Sequence record: SRR22947727_1387
Direction: 5' to 3' (one strand)
Length of the DNA stretch: 36,543 nt
Of the stretch, positions 8,348 to 17,919 are shown piece after piece; the first letter of the stretch is position 1; each line of letters opens with the position of its first letter. The notes beneath the pieces were generated by a model. That model was not told where the DNA came from. It saw only the letters and a list, made by a program, of their open reading frames with translations, and ran no database searches. The position numbers were made by a program, and so were the translations under genes.

Positions 8348-9796
8348 CTAATCCTTTTTTAATTGGGCTATTTTAATTTGAAAAGCAGCGAATAATAAAG
8401 TCATGAATGGACTCAACCAATTGAATATAGCATAGACAAAATAGTCTGCTACACCAACACCTAATACGCCAGAGTGATAAGCACCACAAGTATTCCAAGG
8501 GATAAGCACAGAGGTGACAGTTCCTGAATCTTCTAGGGTTCTACTTAGGTTCTCAGGAGCCAATCCTTTGTCTTTATAAGCTTTGGAGAACATCTTTCCT
8601 GGAATAACAATGGCTAAGTACTGGTCAGAGGCGGTTACATTTAGCGCCAAACAACTCGCTACAGTACTGGCAAAAAGCCCAAAGGTTGTCTTGGCCATTC
8701 CCAAGAGTGTTTCGCTAATTTTTGAAAGTGCACCAATTCCATCCATAATACCTCCAAAAACCATGGCGCACATGATTAACCATATAGTTCCTAACATTCC
8801 AGACATGCCTTTAGAGGTAAAAAGGTCGTTTAGGGCAACATTGTCAGTGGCAATTTCTGTGCTTACTGTAATGGCGTTTAAGATTCCTTTATAGCCGTTT
8901 TCAAAGTTGAGTTCTTTAGCTCCAGACAAACCAGCAATAATTTCGGGTTGGAAAATTAGGGCAAAAACACCTCCTAAAAGCGTTCCAATAAGTAAAGCCA
9001 TTAGGGGTGGTGTTTTTTTAAGTATCATTAAAATCACGCCCAATGGCACAAGAAACAACCAACCACTAATATTAAAGGTGGCGTCTATACTATTGAGAAT
9101 GGACGCTGTGTCTGCTTCTCCTGAAGTATCCATTGTGAATCCTAATACAACAAAAACAATTAGTGTGACTATAAGTGTGGGAACTGTTGTGAGCAGCATA
9201 TACTTAATATGGGTAAACAAATCACCTCCAGCCATAGCTGGCGCTAGATTTGTTGTATCACTTAGTGGCGACATTTTATCTCCAAAATAAGCCCCAGACA
9301 AGACCGCACCTGCTGTCATTCCCATAGGGATTCCAAGGGCATTTCCAATACCGATAAGGGCAATACCCACCGTTGCAGATGTAGTCCACGAGCTACCTGT
9401 AGCAATGGAAATTATAGCACATATAATGACACAAGCAGCCAGAAATATGGTGGGGTTTAGAATTTGTAAACCATAGTAAATCATGGCCGGTATAATGCCA
9501 CTCACTAGCCAAGTACCAGATAACGCACCCACCATCAGTAGGATAAGTAGGGCCCCAGTAGTAGATTTTAAATTTTCCGCCACTTCTGCAAGCATTTTTT
9601 CATAAGATACTTTGTGGTAAAAGCCTACTACAGCTGCTATAGCACCACCGATCAGTAAAATAAATTGGTTGGAACCGCTTAGGGCGTCGTCTCCAAAGAC
9701 AAAAACATTGTAGGCCAATAAAACCACTAATAATACCACAGGTATTAAGGAAGCTTTAAGAGAAATAGATTTTGGAGTAGACGCTTTTGACTTCAT
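8348..9796 (-). CDS. nhaC: NhaC family Na+/H+ antiporter / amino-acid transporter
   Basis: 482 aa polytopic membrane protein; TGSSWTTSATVG, GAYFGDKMSPLSDTTNLA, LSRTLEDSGT and LIPWNTCG motifs. Confidence 0.9.
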   Translation of the reverse strand: MKSKASTPKSISLKASLIPVVLLVVLLAYNVFVFGDDALSGSNQFILLIGGAIAAVVGFYHKVSYEKMLAEVAENLKSTTGALLILLMVGALSGTWLVSGIIPAMIYYGLQILNPTIFLAACVIICAIISIATGSSWTTSATVGIALIGIGNALGIPMGMTAGAVLSGAYFGDKMSPLSDTTNLAPAMAGGDLFTHIKYMLLTTVPTLIVTLIVFVVLGFTMDTSGEADTASILNSIDATFNISGWLFLVPLGVILMILKKTPPLMALLIGTLLGGVFALIFQPEIIAGLSGAKELNFENGYKGILNAITVSTEIATDNVALNDLFTSKGMSGMLGTIWLIMCAMVFGGIMDGIGALSKISETLLGMAKTTFGLFASTVASCLALNVTASDQYLAIVIPGKMFSKAYKDKGLAPENLSRTLEDSGTVTSVLIPWNTCGAYHSGVLGVGVADYFVYAIFNWLSPFMTLLFAAFQIKIAQLKKD

Positions 9797-9829
9797 AGTA
9801 GTTTTTTAGTAAAGCGTAATATTACAATT

Positions 9830-11044
9830 TTAAGCGTCTTTATGCAAGGCCACTTTTTCTATACAATCCAAGATAAGTGCCAGCGTTTCCTCTGGCAGAT
9901 GGTCTAGGCCAATCGAAAAACGAATTAAACCTTCCCCAAGACCCATTTGTTTTTGTTCCTCTGGAGAAATCTCAGAGGAGGTAGAGCTTCCTGAGGCAGA
10001 AAATAGGGTTTTGTAAAACCCTAAACTTACGGCCAAATATCCTACGCCTGCGTCTTGCATGGCTTCCATTAGAGCGTTTGCTTTTTCTAGACTACCTGCG
10101 TCTAAGGTCATTAATCCACCATAACCAAAACCTGCTTCTAATTGTTTCTCAAGCGTTTGCTTTCCTTTGTGATCCTCAAGTCCTGGATACATTACTTTAT
10201 ATCCTGCCTGTTGAAGTCCTCGAGCAATACACCAAGCATTTTCTGAATGTTTGGTCATTCTAATAGGCAGTGTTTTTAAATTTTTATGAATAGAGGCGGC
10301 CCTTTGGCTGTCTAAGGTACTTCCAAAGAGCATGGCTGCTCCCTGATTTACATCCCTTAGTGAGTGACAAAAATCTTCTGTAGCACAAACAACGCCTGCG
10401 ACTGCATCTGAGGTGCCATTAATAAATTTTGTGAGACTGTGTATGACAATATGTGCCCCGTGTTTAATGGGCGCAATCATTAAGGGAGTAAAGGTATTGT
10501 CTACCACAAGAGTGAGCTGGTGTTTTTTTGCAATTGCAGCCAGTGCTTCTATATCACTAATTTCTAAAAGCGGATTACTCATTGCCTCACAGTACAACAC
10601 TTTTGTTTTAGGTGTAATGGCAGCTGTTACAGCTTGGAGGTCAGTAGTGTCCACAAAACTGGTTTTAACGCCGTATTTAGGCATGAAGTTTTTTAATAGG
10701 GCATAGGTGCCTCCGTATATGGTTCTGCTACTTACAATATGGTCTTCTGCGGTACACAACTGAAATAGTACGGCAGTAATTGCGCCCATACCACTGCCAA
10801 ATACATGGGCAGCTTCACTTCCTTCCATTGCAGCTAGGCTGTTAGCTAGCATGTGGTTGGTCGGTGTACTGTGTCTGCTGTATAAAAAACAACCTTCTTT
10901 GGTGCCTTCAAAAGTATCCGACATATCCTTTGCAGTATTAAATGCATAGGTACTACTGTCTGAAATAGATGGATTTACACCACTATGGGCACCAATATTA
11001 AGTTGAGATAAAATAGATGCTGCACCAGATTTTGAAGTTTTCAT
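9830..11044 (-). CDS. Cys/Met metabolism PLP-dependent lyase, probable methionine gamma-lyase (plant-like clade)
   Basis: YSRHSTPT, SGMGAI, YGGT, DNTF, PLP-lysine HSLTKF, AVSLG and IRFSIGL motifs; the specific activity is inferred. Confidence 0.85.
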   Translation of the reverse strand: MKTSKSGAASILSQLNIGAHSGVNPSISDSSTYAFNTAKDMSDTFEGTKEGCFLYSRHSTPTNHMLANSLAAMEGSEAAHVFGSGMGAITAVLFQLCTAEDHIVSSRTIYGGTYALLKNFMPKYGVKTSFVDTTDLQAVTAAITPKTKVLYCEAMSNPLLEISDIEALAAIAKKHQLTLVVDNTFTPLMIAPIKHGAHIVIHSLTKFINGTSDAVAGVVCATEDFCHSLRDVNQGAAMLFGSTLDSQRAASIHKNLKTLPIRMTKHSENAWCIARGLQQAGYKVMYPGLEDHKGKQTLEKQLEAGFGYGGLMTLDAGSLEKANALMEAMQDAGVGYLAVSLGFYKTLFSASGSSTSSEISPEEQKQMGLGEGLIRFSIGLDHLPEETLALILDCIEKVALHKDA

Positions 11045-11105
11045 AAGATTAATTTCAGTAAATCTATTGCTTCAATTGAATATTTACAATTAAAAATCTA
11101 TTTTA

Positions 11106-11150
11106 CAGATAATTTATCTAAATATTATAAATTTATAGGAAAATAAATCT
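11106..11150. promoter_or_regulatory. Candidate Lrp/AsnC operator sites
   Basis: Perfect palindrome AGATAA-T-TTATCT (11107-11119), whose 15-mer matches the Lrp consensus YAGHAWATTWTDCTR at 13/15; related GGAAAATAAATCT lies 31 bp away; both sit in the lyase/lrp divergent intergenic region. Confidence 0.5.
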
Positions 11151-11195
11151 TTTTAAACACCTAAATGATTATTTTGCTTTTAAAATTATCTAAAA

Positions 11196-11651
11196 ATGAT
11201 AGACCAGATTGACAAAAGTCTTTTAAAACTACTCCAAGAAGACAGTAAAAAACCCAATAAGTATTATGCCAACCAACTTGGACTCTCTAATACGGCTATC
11301 TATGAACGCATAAAAAAATTAGAGCGTTCAGGGATTATATCTAGGTATGCTGCCGTTTTGGATAAATCAAAAGTAAACAAGAATTTTGTGGCATTTTGCC
11401 ATGTTAAATTACAGCAACACTCTAAAGATATGGTGCTTCAATTTGAAAGAGAGATTGCCCGTTTAGAGGCTGTGGTAAGCTGTTTTCATATCGCTGGTGA
11501 ATACGACTATTTATTGAAAATTCATTTAGAGGATATGGCTGCTTACAGGGATTTTATGGTGCGTAAACTCACGACTATTTCAGCCATTGGAAGTACCCAA
11601 AGTGCCTTTGTGATTAGTGAAATAAAAGATACTGCACATATACCTTTGTAA
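11196..11651 (+). CDS. Lrp/AsnC family transcriptional regulator
   Basis: 151 aa; HTH LGLSNTAIYERIKKLERSGII and RAM domain CFHIAGEYDYLLK; divergent from the PLP lyase. Confidence 0.95.
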   Translation: MIDQIDKSLLKLLQEDSKKPNKYYANQLGLSNTAIYERIKKLERSGIISRYAAVLDKSKVNKNFVAFCHVKLQQHSKDMVLQFEREIARLEAVVSCFHIAGEYDYLLKIHLEDMAAYRDFMVRKLTTISAIGSTQSAFVISEIKDTAHIPL

Positions 11652-11675
11652 GCTAAAACTTATGTGGTAATTTTG
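11645..11675 (+). promoter_or_regulatory. Bacteroidota sigma-A promoter for lpdA
   Basis: TTTG (11645-11648) - 19 nt - TAATTTTG (11668-11675), the canonical -33/-7 arrangement, 25 nt before the ATG. Confidence 0.75.
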
Positions 11676-11700
11676 TTATAGTTTACTTAAAATAAAAAAT

Positions 11701-13107
11701 ATGGATGCTTTTGATGTAGCCGTGATAGGTTCAGGACCTGGAGGTTATGTAGCAGCAATTCGCTGTGCACAATTAGGCCTTAAAACGGCTTTGATAGAAA
11801 AATATAATACCTTAGGAGGAACCTGTTTAAACGTAGGATGTATTCCTTCTAAAGCTTTGTTAGATTCTTCCCACCATTATGAAGACGCTACAAAACATTT
11901 TGAAACACACGGGATTGAAATTCCAGGAGAAATTATCGCTAATCTCTCTAAAATGCTTGCTAGAAAAGACAGTGTTGTAGCTCAAACTACCAAAGGTATT
12001 GAGTATCTAATGGATAAAAATAAAATCACTGTACTTCACGGTTTTGGTAGTTTTAAAGATGCACATACTATTTCTGTAAAAGACAGTGAGGGTAAAACTA
12101 CCAGCATTTCTGCAAAGAATACTATTATTGCTACTGGATCAAAACCCAGTCAATTGCCTTTTATTACCCAAGACAAAGAACGTATAATTACCTCTACAGA
12201 GGCCCTTTCTCTCCCAGAAATCCCAAAGCACTTAGTGGTCATAGGTGGAGGTGTTATTGGTCTTGAATTGGGACAGGTATACAAGAGATTGGGCGCAGAA
12301 GTTACTGTGGTAGAATATGCAGACCGTATTATTCCTTCCATGGATGAGGCACTTTCTAAGGAGCTCGCCAAGGTGATGAAAAAGCAGAAAGTGAAATTTC
12401 TTTTGTCACACGGAGTGAAAGAAGTCACTAGAAAGGGAGACATAGTAACGGTTAAAGCAAATGATAAAAAAGGCGCAGAAGTAGTTTTAGAGGCAGATTA
12501 TTGTTTGGTTGCTGTTGGGAGAAGTCCTTACACCGCAGGCCTAAATGCAGCAGCAGCAGGCGTAAGTCTTGATGAAAGGGGTAGGGTAGTTACGAACAGT
12601 CATTTACAAACAGCCACACCACATATATATGCAATTGGCGATGTAGTAGCTGGTGCTATGCTGGCGCATAAAGCAGAAGAAGAGGGTACCATGGTCGCTG
12701 AGATTATAGCTGGCCAAAAACCTCATATTGATTATAATTTAATCCCTGGAGTTGTATATACCTGGCCAGAAGTTGCTGCAGTTGGAAAAACAGAAGCACA
12801 GTTAAAGGAAAGTAACACGCCTTATAAAGTGGGTCAATTTCCAATGAGAGCCCTTGGAAGATCTAGGGCAAGTATGGACCTAGATGGTTTTGTAAAGATT
12901 TTAGCACACAAAGAAACCGATGAGGTTTTAGGGGTGCATATGATTGGCGCTAGATGTGCAGATTTAATTGCAGAGGCTGTAGTAGCCATGGAATTCAGAG
13001 CATCTGCCGAAGATATTTCAAGAATGTCTCACGCGCACCCCACCTTTGCAGAAGCCATAAAAGAAGCTGCTTTAGCGGCAACGGAAGACAGGGCTTTGCA
13101 TATTTAA
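11701..13107 (+). CDS. lpdA: Dihydrolipoyl dehydrogenase (E3)
   Basis: GSGPGGY FAD motif, GGTCLNVGCIPSK redox disulfide, GGGVIGLE NAD motif, HAHPTFAE. Confidence 0.97.
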   Translation: MDAFDVAVIGSGPGGYVAAIRCAQLGLKTALIEKYNTLGGTCLNVGCIPSKALLDSSHHYEDATKHFETHGIEIPGEIIANLSKMLARKDSVVAQTTKGIEYLMDKNKITVLHGFGSFKDAHTISVKDSEGKTTSISAKNTIIATGSKPSQLPFITQDKERIITSTEALSLPEIPKHLVVIGGGVIGLELGQVYKRLGAEVTVVEYADRIIPSMDEALSKELAKVMKKQKVKFLLSHGVKEVTRKGDIVTVKANDKKGAEVVLEADYCLVAVGRSPYTAGLNAAAAGVSLDERGRVVTNSHLQTATPHIYAIGDVVAGAMLAHKAEEEGTMVAEIIAGQKPHIDYNLIPGVVYTWPEVAAVGKTEAQLKESNTPYKVGQFPMRALGRSRASMDLDGFVKILAHKETDEVLGVHMIGARCADLIAEAVVAMEFRASAEDISRMSHAHPTFAEAIKEAALAATEDRALHI

Positions 13108-13125
13108 TAAATCTTTTACTGTATA

Positions 13126-13154
13126 AGAAAAGCCCGCTATTAGCGGGCTTTTCT
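13126..13154. terminator. Bidirectional intrinsic terminator (lpdA / CDGSH gene)
   Basis: Perfect inverted repeat AGAAAAGCCCGCTA-T-TAGCGGGCTTTTCT between convergent genes. Confidence 0.88.
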
Positions 13155-13180
13155 ATTATAATAACTTTTATGTTCCTACA

Positions 13181-13411
13181 TTATCCTTTATGACTACCGT
13201 CACAATAAGGTGGGTTTGATGTTTTTTTACAGCTGCATAAATAGGCTGTTTTTTCTTCAGAAACACTGAATTTTAAGGATGGTGTAGCATTGTTTTTTCT
13301 GTGTGAACCGTCACAAAAAGGTTCATTTTCTGTATGCCCACAGGTACACCAGCTGTAGTTTTTATCTTTTTCTAAGGCCACAGGAATAGGCCCTGAATTA
13401 ACATCACTCAT
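13181..13411 (-). CDS. CDGSH iron-sulfur domain protein with two motifs (MiNT/Miner2-like)
   Basis: WCTCGHTENEPFCDGSH and LCSCKKTSNPPYCDGSH; ATGA overlap with the upstream gene. Confidence 0.93.
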   Translation of the reverse strand: MSDVNSGPIPVALEKDKNYSWCTCGHTENEPFCDGSHRKNNATPSLKFSVSEEKTAYLCSCKKTSNPPYCDGSHKG

Positions 13412-14502
13412 AATTTTTTTTTTTTTTTAAATATACGAGAAATATAATCTTTTACAAATCCCTTTTTGTATTCATATAAAAATGACAGACTGACACAGCA
13501 TAGCACAAAAAGCAATCCCCCGGCAAAAGCTTCGGGTACATTGAGCGATTTTTTAAAAAACTTATACAGGCCAAAACCGTGAAAGCTTCCGTATAAGATT
13601 ACTGCGTGAATGACATAGATACTCAAGGTGTTTTGACCAATGGCTAAAAGTGTTTTGTATTGAAGGAATTGCCTCCCCAGCATGAACACACCAAGAACCC
13701 AAAACACATCTCCGAGTCTAATAAATAGGTAATTGTTGTAAGCAACAGCGCTGAATACCTTCCACCCAAATTGATCGCCTAGAAATATAAAAAATCTGGA
13801 AGAGTCATATTTTAACCAAGTACCCAAAATAAATAAGCCAATTATAGCGATGGGATAAAACATTTTTTTATGACTTAGTTTAACCAAAATCACAGCCATA
13901 AAGGCGCCGTAAAAGCTGTAGCCCACCCAAGGAATAAAGGTGAATAAAGCACCATTTTCACGGGTAAAATAATGGCTTAAAGCTACTGGCCAATTGGACC
14001 AATCCAATCCTTTAAACCAAGGTTCAAAACTAAAAATAAGCGTAGCCAATGCAAATACAACTATACTGAACCCCTTAATGGACCAATGGCCTATTAATTT
14101 ATACGCAAAAATTAAAATGAGAATGGCCAAACCAATGCAATGCAATACATCTACATAAAAGAAACTAGGATAAATATGCCCGTTTAGCAGCCCCTGTAAA
14201 TTAAGTCTCAATAAATACCCCAAAACAATCAGTTGCACCCCTCTTTTTAAGCCCTTTTTAATTCTTTTATTGACATAGGTAGTGTGGGTGTTTTTGAATA
14301 AAAGATAGGTGAAGATTAGCCCAGATGCCGTAAAAAAAACCGGTGCAGTAATGCCCCTAAAATAGGTCCAAATTTGAAACCAGTCCTGATCTTGATCTCT
14401 GAATTGTGGGGCGAGTAATCCATCTATAAAATGTCCTTGCAACATCATGAGAATGGCCCAAGCTCTAATGGCATCTATAAAATGTAATCGCTTTTGCTCC
14501 AT
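13408..14502 (-). CDS. Membrane protein, DUF1624 / heparan-alpha-glucosaminide N-acetyltransferase-like (putative acyltransferase)
   Basis: RLHFIDAIRAWAILMMLQGH, APVFFTASG, VDVLHCIG, FIPWVGY and IGQNTLSIYVIH motifs; many TM segments; ATG at 14502 preferred over TTG at 14517. Confidence 0.75.
   Translation of the reverse strand: MEQKRLHFIDAIRAWAILMMLQGHFIDGLLAPQFRDQDQDWFQIWTYFRGITAPVFFTASGLIFTYLLFKNTHTTYVNKRIKKGLKRGVQLIVLGYLLRLNLQGLLNGHIYPSFFYVDVLHCIGLAILILIFAYKLIGHWSIKGFSIVVFALATLIFSFEPWFKGLDWSNWPVALSHYFTRENGALFTFIPWVGYSFYGAFMAVILVKLSHKKMFYPIAIIGLFILGTWLKYDSSRFFIFLGDQFGWKVFSAVAYNNYLFIRLGDVFWVLGVFMLGRQFLQYKTLLAIGQNTLSIYVIHAVILYGSFHGFGLYKFFKKSLNVPEAFAGGLLFVLCCVSLSFLYEYKKGFVKDYISRIFKKKKKL
13414..13428 (-). 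repeat. A15 homopolymer (minus strand) encoding KKKKK
   Basis: 15 consecutive T on the + strand, two bases upstream of the CDGSH gene ATG. Confidence 0.9.
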
Positions 14503-14539
14503 AAGGGCTAACTCCAAAATTAAGGGTATCTTTACGTTT

Positions 14540-14567
14540 CAAAAGTAGCAAATAAAAACACGTCAAA
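14540..14567 (-). promoter_or_regulatory. Bacteroidota sigma-A promoter for the DUF1624-CDGSH pair
   Basis: TACTTTTG (complement of 14540-14547) with TTTG 16 nt upstream (spacing slightly short). Confidence 0.55.
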
Positions 14568-14584
14568 CCCAATAATTAGTTCTC

Positions 14585-15913
14585 GTGATTACCGCTTTTA
14601 AAAACCATCTAAACACCCAATTTAAGGAACTTACAACAAGTCCATTTTTGCTGGCTTGCAGTGGTGGGGTAGATTCAGTAGTGCTGGCCCATTTGTGTTC
14701 GCAGTGTGGTTTGACTTTTGCTTTGGCCCATTGTAATTTTAATTTACGTGGGGCCGCTTCCACGGCCGATGCCCAATTTGTAGCCAATTTAGCGTTTGAA
14801 TTAGGAGTGCCGGTCTTCCAAACAAGTTTTGACACCAATGCTTATATTAAAAAACATAAGGTTTCAATTCAAATGGGGGCTAGAACACTTCGCTACAATT
14901 GGTTTGACCAGCTCATTAAGACACATAATTACCAGTATTTACTTACAGCACATCAGCGTGAGGACGCACTGGAAACCATGATTATTAATCTTTCTAGGGG
15001 GACAGGTATAGAGGGATTGTTGGGTATTCCTGAGAAAAGAGATTACATTAGAAGACCCCTAATTTGTTTTGCTAAAGCCGCCCTATTGACATTTGCCAAT
15101 GAGAATCATATACAATGGCGCGAGGACAGCTCTAATGATAGTACCGATTATCTCAGAAATAAAATTAGACACGAAGTATTGCCTCTAATGGCTGATTTGC
15201 ATCCTACTGCTTTGGAAAATATGATCCAAACACAGTCGCATTTGAAAGAGCGCTCACAACTGGCTTCCTTGTATTTAGAGCAGCTTAAAAAAGAGTTTTT
15301 TCTTACCATTGGCAATGAAGTTCATATTACTATTGATCTATTGTGTGCAACGCCACATATTTTAGCTGTTATGTATGGATTATTCTCTCCCTATGGCTTT
15401 AATGACGCCAATGCAGTACTTGATCTGTGTCAGCGTGAAAATGGAAAAAAATTATTGTCTTCTAGTCATTTGTTGTTAAAAGATAGAAGTACACTTATTT
15501 TAACACCCCTTTTAACGCCCAGTGAAGCGTCGTGTATAGCAGAAGAATCAGTGTCTATTTATCCAGGTGAATTAGGTATTAAAAACCCCATTCAATTGAG
15601 TATTTCACAAACCAAAGAAGTTTCATCTAAAGCCCATCATGAATTTATTTTAGTAGATGAAGACACCATCACTTACCCATTAAAACTCAGACATCCGAGA
15701 GAAGGAGATTTATTCTACCCCAATGGAATGAAAGGGAAAAAGAAGGTGTCAAAGTTTTTAAGAGATGAAAAAATAAATGTAATTTCAAAGGCTTCTATTT
15801 GGTTGTTAACAGACGCAAAAGATCAAATTATTTGGGTCGTTGGGCATAGAGCAGATAGACGGTTTGCCTCAAAATTAAATACAGATAAATCATTATGTTT
15901 CAGGATTTTATAA
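14585..15913 (+). CDS. tilS: tRNA(Ile)-lysidine synthetase
   Basis: PP-loop ACSGGVDS, HCNFNLRG, ARTLRY, WREDSSN, RNKIRH and C-terminal TilS_C region (GMKGKKKVSKFL); GTG start. Confidence 0.93.
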   Translation: MITAFKNHLNTQFKELTTSPFLLACSGGVDSVVLAHLCSQCGLTFALAHCNFNLRGAASTADAQFVANLAFELGVPVFQTSFDTNAYIKKHKVSIQMGARTLRYNWFDQLIKTHNYQYLLTAHQREDALETMIINLSRGTGIEGLLGIPEKRDYIRRPLICFAKAALLTFANENHIQWREDSSNDSTDYLRNKIRHEVLPLMADLHPTALENMIQTQSHLKERSQLASLYLEQLKKEFFLTIGNEVHITIDLLCATPHILAVMYGLFSPYGFNDANAVLDLCQRENGKKLLSSSHLLLKDRSTLILTPLLTPSEASCIAEESVSIYPGELGIKNPIQLSISQTKEVSSKAHHEFILVDEDTITYPLKLRHPREGDLFYPNGMKGKKKVSKFLRDEKINVISKASIWLLTDAKDQIIWVVGHRADRRFASKLNTDKSLCFRIL

Positions 15914-17886
15914 AAAAAATAATTCTTTGCGCTTTTTTATTCATCAGCTCCCAAGAGATCGTATTTGGTCAAGATTTTTCTTTTCCAATGTCTGCTTCTG
16001 AAGACCCTGTACAGTGGACACCATCAATAGTTAAAGAAAATGACAGTATTTACGTCATTTCATTAATTGGAACTATTGAAAAAGATTGGCATTTGTATTC
16101 TCAGTATTCTCCTGAGGGTGGTTCTCAACCTGCGATTTTTAAGTATGAAAATCAGAATGATTCCTTTTTGTTATTAGGGATTACCGAAGAAAGCCAGATA
16201 TATGGCGAATATTCTGATGTTTTTAATGTAACAGAACTTTTTTTTAAAGATAGTGTGATCTTTAAGCAACGTTTAGAAATTAAGGACAGAGGGCTTTCAG
16301 AAATTTCATTTTCGATAGATTATCAAGTCTGTAAAGAAGTTTGTATTCCAAACATGGTTCGCTTTACAGTTGCTTTGGAAACCGGTAAAGAGGTAAGCTC
16401 ACAAGCAGCTGTCATAAATAATGGCGACCAAGAAAAAACAACTGCTTTGCTCTTAAACCTTAAATCCAAAGATCGATTGGGTTCATTAGTACCAAAAGAA
16501 ACAGCGGGTGGTGTGAATGGTTGGTGGAAGATATTTTTATTGGGCATGCTCGGCGGGTTTATTGCACTGCTTACGCCATGTGTTTTTCCCATGATTCCAT
16601 TGACAGTATCTTTTTTTACTAAAAGTTCCGATGACAAGAAAAAAGGAATTACAAATGCACTTTGGTATGGATTTTTTATAGTGCTTATCTATGTTTTACT
16701 ATCACTTCCTTTTCATTTGTTTAATTCTCTAGATGCTCAGATTCTAAACACTATAGCTACAAATATTTGGCTAAATCTCTTGTTCTTTGTCATATTTATA
16801 TTCTTTGCTGGCTCATTTTTTGGTTTTTATGAATTGAATCTACCTGCCTCATGGAGCAATAAAATAGATGCCTCTGCCTCAAGGATTGGTGGTGTGGTTG
16901 GGGTCTTTTTTATGGCGCTTACCTTAGCTCTGGTCTCTTTTTCATGTACAGGTCCTATTTTAGGGGGTCTCCTTGGTAGTACTACCTTAGCGGGTGGAGA
17001 TGTTGCAACTAATTTAACAGTGGGCATGTTTGGTTTTGGACTGGCATTGGCTTTGCCTTTTGCCTTATTTGCTTTGTTTCCAGGTCTATTGAGCGGCTTA
17101 CCAAAATCTGGTGGCTGGATGATTACCGTAAAAGTGTTCTTAGGATTTTTAGAATTGGGCTTGGCATTTAAGTTTCTGTCCAATGCAGATTTGGTGGGAC
17201 ATTGGGGTATCCTAAAGCGTGAAATCTTTTTAGGAATTTGGCTGTTGCTATCTATAGGCTTGGCAGCGTATTTATTAGGGGTATTCGACAAGGTGAAAAA
17301 GCCCATTCATTGGTCTAGATTTCCTTGGATTGCAGGATGTATCGTATTTGGGTCTTTCTTGTTACTGGGGATTTTTAAAAAGCAAAACCTTGCTTGGTTA
17401 AGCGGTTTTCCTCCCCCAAGTTTTTACAGTGTTTACGCACAAGAGTCTGACTGTCCTCTTGGACTAAATTGCTACAAAGATTTTGAGACAGGGTGGCGCG
17501 TAGCTCAAGAAGAAAATAAACCCATTCTATTAGATTTCACAGGATGGGCTTGTGTAAATTGTAGGAGAATGGAAGAAAATGTTTGGAGTGATCCGTCGGT
17601 TTTTACCTTGATTAATGAAGAATTTGTGTTAATCTCTCTATATGTAGATGACCGTAAGGAACTCCCTCACTCAGATCAATTTGTTTTCACCTATCCAAGC
17701 GGCAGGCAAAAGCCTATTGAAACGATTGGTCAGAAATGGGGTACCTTTCAAACGGTTAATTTTAATGCAGCTTCACAGCCTTATTATGTACTTTTATCAC
17801 CATCATTGGAAGTATTGGCTCCAGCCATTCAATACACAGATATACCCACCTATAAAAAATGGCTTTTAGGAGCCCTAAACAGATAA
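15895..17886 (+). CDS. dsbD: Thiol:disulfide interchange protein DsbD family
   Basis: Alpha domain YQVCKEVC, transmembrane TPCVFPMIP and FSCTGP, thioredoxin domain FTGWACVNCRRME. Confidence 0.92.
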   Translation: MFQDFIKKIILCAFLFISSQEIVFGQDFSFPMSASEDPVQWTPSIVKENDSIYVISLIGTIEKDWHLYSQYSPEGGSQPAIFKYENQNDSFLLLGITEESQIYGEYSDVFNVTELFFKDSVIFKQRLEIKDRGLSEISFSIDYQVCKEVCIPNMVRFTVALETGKEVSSQAAVINNGDQEKTTALLLNLKSKDRLGSLVPKETAGGVNGWWKIFLLGMLGGFIALLTPCVFPMIPLTVSFFTKSSDDKKKGITNALWYGFFIVLIYVLLSLPFHLFNSLDAQILNTIATNIWLNLLFFVIFIFFAGSFFGFYELNLPASWSNKIDASASRIGGVVGVFFMALTLALVSFSCTGPILGGLLGSTTLAGGDVATNLTVGMFGFGLALALPFALFALFPGLLSGLPKSGGWMITVKVFLGFLELGLAFKFLSNADLVGHWGILKREIFLGIWLLLSIGLAAYLLGVFDKVKKPIHWSRFPWIAGCIVFGSFLLLGIFKKQNLAWLSGFPPPSFYSVYAQESDCPLGLNCYKDFETGWRVAQEENKPILLDFTGWACVNCRRMEENVWSDPSVFTLINEEFVLISLYVDDRKELPHSDQFVFTYPSGRQKPIETIGQKWGTFQTVNFNAASQPYYVLLSPSLEVLAPAIQYTDIPTYKKWLLGALNR

Positions 17887-17919
17887 TTCCATAACAGGTT
17901 TTGATTAGATAGTATCATT

